Assembly (NCBI GenBank): GCA_048013815.1
Contig: CM106585.1
Coordinates: 2,294,001 to 2,358,000, forward strand
Reading direction: 5' to 3'
Length of the DNA stretch: 64,000 bases
From: Setoptus koraiensis
Taxonomy: Eukaryota; Animalia; Arthropoda
This document shows positions 27,188-39,547 of this stretch, one piece after another. Below the pieces are notes generated by a model. That model saw nothing but the letters and a program-made list of their open reading frames with translations, was not told the DNA's origin and searched no databases. Positions within the stretch are counted from its first letter, which is position 1, and each line of letters begins with the position of its first letter. The translations under genes were made by a program, and so were the position numbers.

Positions 27188-28287
27188 TTTATGCGCTTTA
27201 TATAGGCTGCGCGCTTGAGAACAAGTTCACCATATATATAGGAACAAATCACTGACAGCGACAGCAAAGTCCAATGATCTATTTAAAAATGATTTTATCC
27301 CTTTACCATTCAGTTCCTCCCAATCAATCTGGTCAATACAATATTCAGGTCTCTGGATTGTTCAAATTAATAGCATTTGCTCAAATAATTCAATATATAT
27401 TTATAAAATTATACACTTTATATATTACAGACAGAGGCATATAGGCGAAAGAAAGAAAGATCTTCGATTTAGTGTTGATATTTTATCCAGCAAATGTTCA
27501 GGGCTCACAGTTGACCTGAAACTTATGATTGTGCGTATTAATTACAAGTTAAAATTGCTCAATCATATATTTCAGGCCGATAAGTGACGCCAAATACAGC
27601 AACATCACAATGAGACGCCTATATTATCAAATGCCTATTAAACAAATCAGTTACAACGATAGTAGTGCGCACTCAAAGCATCGGCTTTTCGAGGCGGAAG
27701 TCTTCAGATGAACCTACCTATTACACGATAAAAGAGGTGAGAGTAGAGAAGAAAGTAAAACCTATCAAGCTTGCCATACGAATGATCAATGTGTAAGTAC
27801 TATAATTTGTAATACTTTAATTATTTTAGAGTAAATATGTTAACAAATTTTTCTCAACAACTCGGAATTGCAGTTTGCCACCATGTATACAAAAACTGGA
27901 CATCATATAATTAGTTTAGAATTATGGACTACCACTGATATCAACAATCTTCGGCGCCCACCTCCATCATAAATAGTCGATGGTAATCAAGGTGATTGAC
28001 AATCAGCGAAATCTATTAATCTTCTCTTCAACCTTTCCACCTCGTTTCTCAATTCTTTTTGCTGTGACCTCATTAGAGTCAAACCCTTTTGAGTCTTCTC
28101 TACGAAACTTAAATCTACCGACCAGCGTAGAAATACCCGATCCCACAATTCCAGGCTTTGTGGGGCGACGGACGGCCATATTGCTTGATTGTTTGGTTCG
28201 TATACCGGATTCAGAAACTTGGGCATTATATCAGGTTTATTGACGTACGACCAGAGTGACACAGTTTTTGTGTGAAAAGTAAAATCA
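27188..28287 (-). repeat. Right arm of the 1100-bp inverted repeat
   Basis: Colinear reverse complement of 25042-26141 (end-coordinate sums are both 53329). Confidence 0.95.
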
Positions 28288-28611
28288 ATTCCTTAACAGC
28301 CCAGGAATAGCAGGAATGTTGGACTTTGTTCTCTTTTTTCCGAGGTAGGAGAGGCGTAGGCCGAGCTTTTGCATCGAGTGGCAAATGGATGACCAGCCTG
28401 TAGCCATACGCGCTCTATTAACGCCTCAAATCCTTGAAATGTCCTGCAATCAGAATCTAGAATGATTTGTGCTAGTGAACATATTTGTAAAGTGGAATCC
28501 ATCCCCTCTGAGCCGTGAACTAGAACCTAAGGCGCTTTCTTGATCGATACATTGTGCAACTAAACATGCACATGTCAGAACGTCTTCGATATGTCTTAAC
28601 CATCCGGCTGA
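27987..28611 (-). pseudogene. 5'-truncated inverted MTMR9 pseudogene fragment
   Basis: 28611-28296 matches 24599-24913 with about 17 substitutions and a 1-bp insertion. About 120 bp of the parent is then missing, and the near-identical C-terminal coding part follows to the stop at 27987. Confidence 0.9.
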
Positions 28612-31145
28612 GCCAATTGATTACCCATGGCTCATCGTCCCTATCATTACGTGCCGATAATATAAGGTGGTGCCTGGTTTCGCAGGGACCCAATAATGCT
28701 CGACATTTTCAATGAGGCATGTTCATCTGAATGTTCTAGCGATAAGGTCTCGTATTTTGATGAAGTATATGGTATTGCTATGAAGAACGAGAGAATGAGT
28801 CGAGAACTGTAGAAATTTAGTCTCTCGGATTCGCATTTAGTTGAAAATGTACAGACTGACTTGGAAGGCAACCAAACTGCATTGTGTTCTTATTAACCGA
28901 ATGTCCTAGAATATGAGAAACTAGAAAGGTTACTATATGAAGGAGCTACAACTTCTCCGAAATTCCGAGGACAGAACGGAACTATCTGGGCATAAAGAAT
29001 GAAAAATTTACCTCAGCCTAATATACAGGTGGACCCCTATTTCTTCCTGATAATTAGAGCACGCACCATATTTTCTCATTCAACCGCAATGAACCGTTTG
29101 GGTTCGACAATTTGTTGCTGGATATCCATCGTTGAGATAATACTCTGTAAGATCGTCAATGGCGAATGGTATATCATCCTGTATTGATTCGACTATTTCC
29201 TCTCAATCAAAATGATAGAGGAACAAGTTCTATGGCTCGGCGGTATGGTTCGAACAGGCTAAATGGAGATCCATGGCCAGATCATTCTCTACAGTTACTA
29301 TTATGTACATATAGATAAATCGTAACATCATTTCCACATAGCAATGCTTAGTATTCAAATGAACAATAGAACTCATCGATGGACAATTATCGTCAGCACC
29401 AATTTGTGCATGCAAGCTGTCGGAGGGTCTCCACCTCGATCTGTTTTGAATTGACTAAATCAAACTTTTGTCTTTATTTCACGACCATTGATTAGAGCTA
29501 ATCAAAACAACTCGAATCATTCTATTCTCCAGCATGTATGACGTAAGGGTTCCAGTCGGCAATCCTTTAAAGAAAACTCAAAGAAGCCACCCATGATGAG
29601 ACATTACCTGGTGAAGATTGCGTCAGACAGTATCGGAAGTGTTGTCTGACACGCGTCAATAGAAAAACAATCCAAACCAAGCTCGATGCCGTCGAGTTTT
29701 TTTTAAATGTGAGTGCGGGGGAGAGAGAGAGAGAGGGAGCGTGGGTTAGAAGAGGGTTGCAATGCTTCCGAGAAGGGAGCGAAAATTGCTTACTATGGAG
29801 ATTTTACATGCATTTTGCCATAGGGCGCAGCGCTCTTTGAGGCCAAAAAAAAAACTAGTAATATAACCCGGAAGGGGGAAAAACGGGGAAATGGTTAGCC
29901 GTTTCTGGTTCAGGGGATTGAGCTGAACACATTCTGGTACATGAGAACCAAATCTGGGTGTAACAGTGCGTGCCGTAAGCTTGTGAGTGTCGTGCCCTCA
30001 TAATGGTTGTCAGCCAATAGTTGGTCATTTTGAACCTAGAACTTGCACATTGCACTTTTGCCGATTAACTGTGGAGGCTGGTGCTCCTATGTGTGTGCTG
30101 CTGCATCCGTGATGCACAATTTCGTGGCTGCTCCCAATACCGCGGATTGAGCGCTAGATCCTCGCCGCAACCTGTCCGTTCGCTATCCTGTCTGCGCAAG
30201 CATTGTGCGAGAACCAGCACAGCTCGCCCACTGAACGCGCTTTGTCTGGGGGTGCGCACCGTGTGCGCTGTCAGATATCTAACCATTAGCTGACACCCTT
30301 TATGAAAGCTGTTCTTCAGGATTCTATTACTCAACAAATCAGCTGATCGTGTGACGCCAACGTTACCACTGATAAATATCCACATGTTCATACACGAACA
30401 TATTCACACTCATATATTCACCGACCGAATATGAATAGCATTGTCTGTATTCCGAACACCTCACTCACAATAAACACATGCAAATTCACTATTGTATCCT
30501 TCACATTGTGAAGTTCACATATTGTAGTCGGCATACACAAGTGTAGCCGACACAATCGATGCGATTTCAGCGCCATCTCGCAGACTTCTCGAACCTCGGC
30601 CGGCGCGAAATCTAATCTCTATTTTTTTTTTTTTAATTCGCTATTTCAAGTTCGTGAATGTCGTTGAAATAAGCGCTCGTTGATTCGTTCATCCTTCGTT
30701 GAATATATTCGTCGTTGAATGAAACTAACCCGAATATTGGCCATTTTTCCTTAATCTGGTCGATTATGTTTTTGCCAATGACACCATCAGGGAAGAATGA
30801 CAAATATCCACACACGGAACACCTGCACCTGTCATCCACGGGCCCCTCCTCTATTCACGTGTGAATTCGAATTTCGTTTGCATATTTGAAGTTCGCGCGA
30901 GTATAAAAACGACACAATAAGAGGAAGGTTTCTGTGTAATTTTGCAACAATTCATTTGTTTGTGTTTTGTTTATTCACTAAAATAGAATTGAAATCGATC
31001 CGTACTTAATGCGCAAATTTATTTAAATGGTCGTCATTAATCTTGATAACGATGTGGCTCCTAAAATATTGACGTCATACGATACACATCTCTACGTGAT
31101 TCCGCCCAGATACCACATAATCAACTAAACTTATTGCAATCAGAA

Positions 31146-33035
31146 ATGGACCCAATCGAGCAAGAAACTCAGGATGAGGCCGCTTCGCAACGTGAAATAT
31201 ACAAAGTTTACAAAAGAAGATGGCTAGTTCTATTCGCCATGTTCAATGTGGCACTCGTTGTTGGTCTTGTAAGTTTAAAATTCAGCTCTTAATCGATGTC
31301 AACTTAACACTTAAAATCAATCTACATTATTATCTAACAAAGATTATCCTTTTATCTACTCAACTTATCTACTAGCATCGTTCGCTCATATCAATCGTCG
31401 ACACACTCGACAAATACCTGGGCACTAATATTAGGGATTATGATATTATGACACAAGTTAGCATGTTCACCACGGTCTTCTCTGTATTGATTATGGCTAA
31501 GTGTCTAGATTATTTTGGCCTGAGACGAATGGTAGGCAATGACACATGAGAATTCTCCTCTGTCTTATTCGTATGTTGATTGAATCACTTGTTTTAACAG
31601 AACCCACTATTTCTCCTCCCTTTCAAATAGTCATATTTTGCGTGCCTCGTCATTGTAGCTGCAAATAGTCTTAAAGCTTTATGCATGTGGAATAATGCTG
31701 CTCCCTGGATTGTGCAACAACGGTACCATATATTGCTATTATCAGAGTTTTTTGTCGGGCTGGCCCAAAGTATATCATTCTGTGTACCGGCCAAAGTGGC
31801 CGGCTCTTGGTTTGCCCATTATGAAAACACCTTGGCTCTCGTTGTGGTTAATTGTGGATAGTAAGTTGCCAAAAAGCTGCTTTTGCTGTTAAATTTTTTC
31901 ACACCAACTATGATATTTATTATTAACTGGCCCTTATATTCTTTTCCTCACAACGAAATCAGCAACATCGGTGTCGGACTTAGCAATTTTCTCACCCCCA
32001 TTTTTGTTGCGGAGGTCGATGATATGTTTAAATTATCATATGTGTTCATGATTTCCGCTGTCATACTAACTATTATAGTTCTTACGTGTGTTACAAGATC
32101 TAGTCCAAAGTTGCCACCATCTTCAAATGCTATAATATCCGCAAATGCGGATGTAAGTTTGAAAAAAGGAATATTTGTCGTAAGTAATCTTTCGTATGAA
32201 AGACCAAGATGCCAGGCAAGATAACTTTCAATGTTTCCTCTCCTCTTTCATTCATTCATTCGCTAATTCACACAACTTTTTAACTATTTATAGATGATGA
32301 CTACTCCGAGCTATGTCACGCTTATAATGACCCTAGGTTTAAATACTGCAGTGCTTAGTTGCGAACAAATTCAGCTTGAGGATATTCTTAAAGCAAGAGG
32401 TTATTCGAACACCTTCTGTGGTCTACTTATTTCGCACGCTTACGTTTTTGGAACTATTTTCATGTTGATATCTGCAGCCTGGATCGATAACTCAACGAAT
32501 TACGTTAAAGTCAGTCGGATAGCTTGTGTTTTATGCATCCTCAGTTATACGACTTTTAACATAAGTATCATCATACCTAATATTAAAAACATTATTATAA
32601 TTACAAACATTATGGCATCCTTTGGAGCCTCACTAATGTACCCTGCCCTGATGCAAGTGTCCATAAGATGTGCGAGAGGTATATTACCAGAGGCAACTGT
32701 TTCTGCAATTACAGTGATAATCACACTGTTGCTAACGAGTGGATTTGTTAACCTACTTGATCCACTGAGAAATCTCATCAAAATTTACCCTGATTATGAA
32801 AGTAAGTTAATCCTCCAAACGCGGCGAAGAGATCTCTAGCGAATTGAATATCCAACTAATTTACCATTCTTTCTACTATTAAGCCCCCATGATATCCTAC
32901 CTTATTGTGATACTACTCATGAACATGGCCTATGTGGCCTTTTTCGCAGTGCCAAACACCCAAAGTTTGCAAAAGCGCCTCTACGATTCTGATGAAGACC
33001 CAATCCTTCCAGCTGATTACGATTCCATAGAATAG
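31146..33035 (+). CDS. MFS transporter, SLC49 (FLVCR/MFSD7/DIRC2) family, 461 aa
   Basis: Exons 31146-31268, 31376-31531, 31631-31860, 31963-32179, 32294-32801 and 32884-33035 join in frame. Motifs YKVYKRRW, PAKVAGSWFAHYENTLA and TRSSPKLPPS, with many hydrophobic helices. Confidence 0.85.
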
Positions 33036-33316
33036 ATTATGCAATCATGTTTATTAGAACTTTCGTCCCCCAATGATTGAAACAATGCAACTGATAATAT
33101 ATTCTCCTGAGTTACTTTTATATAGTATCATAAGAAATCTCCATAATAATTAAAAATAAAACAAGCAATTTCTCTTGGAGCATATTTACACTTGTACATT
33201 AATCTATCAAATGTTGTGTCTTATGACAATATATCTCCATCTGAGCATCAAAGTTAATAAGTTATTGACGATACAAAGTAGGTAGATATTTTTGGTTACA
33301 CTAGTTTATGGTTCAA

Positions 33317-35050
<1,734 letters not shown>

Positions 35051-37654
35051 AATAAATAATAAAACTATATGGTGGTGTGTTATTGTGTTGTTGCAACCTA
35101 AACTACGAACAAGGAGCGTGTTTATCAGCTGTTTGTGTGGGCCTTATGACACCATTAGCTAAAGACTGGCTGTATGTACATTAGTTATTCTGTGTCTACA
35201 TGATACATAATACATGATAATACATAATACATAAGAAAGAGATGGAGCTAGAGCGACGACGACGACAGTGACACAGAGTTAGACAGACAGTCAGACAGAC
35301 GGATAGAGACAGATTCTAGCCAGAGATAGGGAGAGAAAAAACTTTTCCCTTATTTTCAGTATGATTTATATCACATAGTTGAGTTCTTTCAGTTTGAGTT
35401 AGTTAGCTGTGTAGTTGGTGGTGGTTGTGGTGGTGGTTGTATTGGTGGTGGTGGTGATAGTGGTGGCATAAGCAACGTTAGTAATGTAGTTGCTTACGTT
35501 TAGATAATAGTGGAGTGTCCAGGATGATAAGTCTTCTTTCTCTCTGTCTCTCTCCCTATCTACTCATTGAGTTAGTAGTATCTCTTAACATCATGATGGC
35601 GGAGCCGAGATTCAGATTCAGACACTCTTTGTGTGTATGTGTGTGTGTGTGTATGTGTGTGTGTGTGTCGTATGTATATACTCTCCGTGATCCTATGTGT
35701 AATGTTAAGCGAGATAAGGCAATTGTTTAACAAGGCACATTGGATAACACACACACACAAAAGTTGAAACTCAACTTTAGCTAAGAACGCTCGTCGAACT
35801 ATCCATTCTATGTTTGCTCGCTAGCTTGCTCATATTTATACGATTCAGCCTACCAAGATAGATCGGGGGTAGAGCGCAGTGTAATATTCGCACTAAAAGT
35901 CGGTTTGTATATATACTATTGTGTGTGTGTGTCAAGTCGTCGACTCTGCACTGTAAAACAGCAAGCGGAGAGGGGAATTGTCTTCGCAAGCTAGCTTTTT
36001 CGTCGTTATCGTAGCCTTAAGCTAGCTTGTTGGGTTGAGTTCCAAGTGAGGGGCTTGTTGCTTGTTGCCCGCTTTGCTGCTGTTATAGTATAGTTGTTTG
36101 CTCTCTCACAACTGCTTATTCCAGTCACAGCAGCAGCGGTAGTTGTTGTTGTCGTCGTCGGCAGCGTCGCAATAGTTGCTTCTACTGCTGTTGTTGCAAT
36201 GCTTGCATTAGTTGTTGTTATATATAATTGTAATAGTTGAATAGTTGCTACTCAAGAAGGGAGAGAGCAGCAGATAAAAAGGAGGTGGCAGCAGAGAGGA
36301 ATGAGCTTAGAAGAAGCTTGAGAAACCAGGCTAAGACGTAGTTATGTTTGCTTGCTTGTGGATGGCTATGTTGCCGATTATGTAATGTAGCCTTAACTGA
36401 ATGAATTTACCTATCTGTGTGTTCGTCCTATCTTTCTTCGGTTCGATGGCGAGACTGCTGCTTCCAACAGGCAATCAGAATGTATCTGGTAGGCTTGGTC
36501 AGAATTGTGTGCAGCCTGCCTGCTGGTAATAATGATTGTGTGATGTTGAGCTCACGAATTTTTATTCTTGTTCGTTCTTACTCGCTATATTCCTTTGACC
36601 GTAGTAGAGTCAACATGCAACGGCAGAGGCAATTTACAGTATGCAATTCTCAGTGAATCTCAATAGTAATAGTTGTAGTAATAACAACAACAACAATATT
36701 TATACGTTAGATAAGGCAATCTCGTTGGTTGTAATGTTGGTGGTGGTTGTGGCGGTGGTTTGAACATAACTGAACGGCAAATATCAGCATCATGTACCGC
36801 TTCAGCTGTTGATGCTCAGCTGTTAGTGTGGAGTCCGGTCCAATTCCAATAGCTGATGTTGTAACTATCTCAAAGTTGATATTATTATACAATTGTTGTT
36901 GAGAACTTACTTGATGGAAAAAGAAGCTGGTAGAAGAAAATTAAAAAAGTACATCTGGTACAGTGCTGATGACTGTTAGAGGAGGCATGGCGAAGAAGCA
37001 GGACAAAACAAGTGCAGGCAGTTCTCTTATATTTCGCAAACAAAAACACATACAAATCTGTGCGGCTATCGGTTCTCTGTGCCACTACTGAGGCAATGTG
37101 CAATTGCGTGGGCCTTCCTGTGGCCATTTGTTGCATATTTGCATCTCATCTGTAAGCGCAGATCAGGTTGGTCAGTCCAGTTGACGAATAATGGGGTACT
37201 GCTAATAAATTTTCGCCTCGATTAAACTGGCCAATTTAATCGAGCGGCCGTTGATCAATTGACACAGGAAACGAATAGGAAGCAACAGAGCCAGGGATTC
37301 TCATTCTGCGCAGCGGGATAAAAGTCTTATGGATTCCAAGCGTTTCAAAATTCCAATCGACTGCTCAATCCAGACGATCCGTCCTATTTCAGTTCGAATC
37401 TAACGATCAATGGTATCCTCACGGTACAGAATCCGGTGATGTCACAATTGATGTATCAGTTGGTCGATAGGACTGGAACAAGACATCAGGTGTTTGAAAG
37501 CTCGAAAATTTCTTTTTCGATAATTTATTTAATCACTTTTTAAATCAATCTACATGTTGTCTCGCTAAAAAAATCAATAAGTGTAGATTAAATTAGTTTA
37601 GAGAAGATCTCGACTAATAAATCTGCATGATTGTCCAAAGGATTGTCCAAAGGA

Positions 37655-38386
37655 TTAAGCGTCTTTGCGCTTGTTTTCTTGCAACCATAATTCTATGTCT
37701 GGATTCATCTTAAGATTGGTGCAGGAAATGTAAGGGTGAGTATAGTAGAACATATCGAGTTTTTGTAATCGATCATCTATAGCTTTCAAAGTTGGATATT
37801 TGCTTGTATCCACCTTGAATCGACGAGCATTAAACATCTGCGGAACTAGGCTAATATCGGCGATTGTTATCTCGTCACCAACACAATAAAGACCTGCAGT
37901 GGATTTAACCAAAATCTCCAGATTTTCAAACTTTCTCGCTATCCAATAAGAGGCGAACTTTTGTTTTTCTTCAAAAGACAGCTGTGGCCTCTCTAGAGGC
38001 TCATGAACTTTCAATAGAGTCTCCAGATTTTGCAACGGTTGAATGCCACCAGAAATAGTGTCTGCTATAGCTTTTGCTTTAGCTTTCAATACTGAGTCCG
38101 TTGGATAAATTGAAGGCTTCGGATATTTCTCTTGAATATAGTCTATAATAGCCAATGATTGAGTGATGCATTCCTTTTTTCCATTATTGGTGACAGTAAG
38201 AGCCGGCAATTGATGCATCGGATTAACCTCAGACAAAAATTCGCTAGTATGTTGCTGTCCTCCTAGTAGGTCGACATCATTAGTAGTATAAGTTATACCT
38301 TTCATGTATAAAGCAGCTCGTACTCTCCATGAAGCAGAGCTCAAGTAATAATTGTGTAGAATCATTTTGTCTTCGTTGAGGGCCAT
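37655..38386 (-). CDS. GSTZ1: Glutathione S-transferase zeta / maleylacetoacetate isomerase, intronless
   Basis: SSASWRVRAAL, NPMHQLPAL, TQSLAIIDY, GIQPLQNL, YCVGDEITIADISLVPQMFNARRF. Confidence 0.93.
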   Translation of the reverse strand: MALNEDKMILHNYYLSSASWRVRAALYMKGITYTTNDVDLLGGQQHTSEFLSEVNPMHQLPALTVTNNGKKECITQSLAIIDYIQEKYPKPSIYPTDSVLKAKAKAIADTISGGIQPLQNLETLLKVHEPLERPQLSFEEKQKFASYWIARKFENLEILVKSTAGLYCVGDEITIADISLVPQMFNARRFKVDTSKYPTLKAIDDRLQKLDMFYYTHPYISCTNLKMNPDIELWLQENKRKDA

Positions 38387-39547
38387 ACTTAGAAATGATC
38401 ACTGTGCTGTAGAATAAGCATTCATATAAAATATTTACTGATATTCTAATTATTGAAATCGTGATCAGGTTTGGTAAAGCATGTAAGGCTGAATGACTGT
38501 AAAATGTGTGAAAACAGACAAGCCAAAAGAATAGCGTCCTGTATTTATATGGCAGCCAACATTAACAGATCTCTTTTAAGCTACTAGTTTCGTTTAGTAA
38601 ACTCTGCTGTACGCCATGATTTCGATCACAATAAACACACCCCAACACACCAATCATGTGACATCTTGTTTTTGATTAAAAGTTTACGCCCCCTAGCAAT
38701 CTGTCATGTCAGGTAGAGAACAGATACATGCTCAGGTGAAGACAGGTGTTTTTGTTAGTTCCTGATTTCCATACTCAATAGTTATTCTTCATACTGATAT
38801 TTGAATAAGGGACACACCAAAACAGCTGATAGTAGCTACAAAACAACAACATACATTACAGTCTTTTTATTACACCGAAATGTAATAAAGTTCGTAGTAT
38901 GACATAAAATGATGTTGCACGAGAGAGACACCGTTAGTGTTCATCGAAATATCGCAGCGCACGCTCTCTCGTGGTGATGTAACATCATGTAAATCGTGAT
39001 CACAGTGTTTTGCTTTGCACGTGCTCGTCCATTTAAGCTTCACAATGATTTTTGTTTTTTAATACCGAGGGTGGAATGTCAGCGATATACTTTCCTATGA
39101 AACCTACAGAAAAGCTCTATGCGTCATAACGGTTAACTTTTTGTCACTAGGCAGTTTTAATTAATACCTGTTTGGGTGGAGTTACATAATACCCACGAGT
39201 GGGGATTATATAAGCTGGGTGGTTTCAAATCGTATGGAAAGTAGTAAATTCTACTCTTCATCTCATTGAGAGCACTCAATACCGATCTAATTCGGCATCA
39301 CTTATGTAGGTCAGTGTGCAAAATTCTGGGGTGTTTTTGTACATAGTAGCGCACATTTTTATTCGCTATGTGACCTGCTGAGGATATTTGCAGTTATTCA
39401 AATGAATATTAGCAATATTAGCAATATTGGCGCATTAACAGCAGTCACTACAACCAGTTTGAAATTTGATCTTATTGTATAATGTATATTGCGCTGGTCG
39501 CAACACTCTTCGTGCAACTCGATAGCTCGGTAAACTAGCTAACAACC

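Noticed and set aside
29593-29649. C/D-box snoRNA-like ATGATGA...CTGA
   Set aside because: Short, with no terminal stem, no recognisable rRNA guide and no evident host intron.
30840-30850. Shine-Dalgarno-like AGGAGG before a GTG-start ORF (possible bacterial insert)
   Set aside because: A 6-mer match is expected by chance, and no other bacterial features lie nearby.
35950-35985. PSPLAVL peptide resembling the Sp box upstream of the Sp gene
   Set aside because: It coincides with a polypyrimidine tract ending in TTTTACAG, lacks the AATCS continuation, and I could not splice it in frame.
37628-37654. TGATTGTCCAAA resembling the 5' end of miR-219
   Set aside because: It is part of a 12-bp tandem duplication in the GSTZ1 3' flank, with no hairpin partner.
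37655-38386. Horizontal transfer of GSTZ1 (intronless, SSAS motif)
   Set aside because: Most neighbouring genes are also intronless and the rest of the protein looks animal-like.
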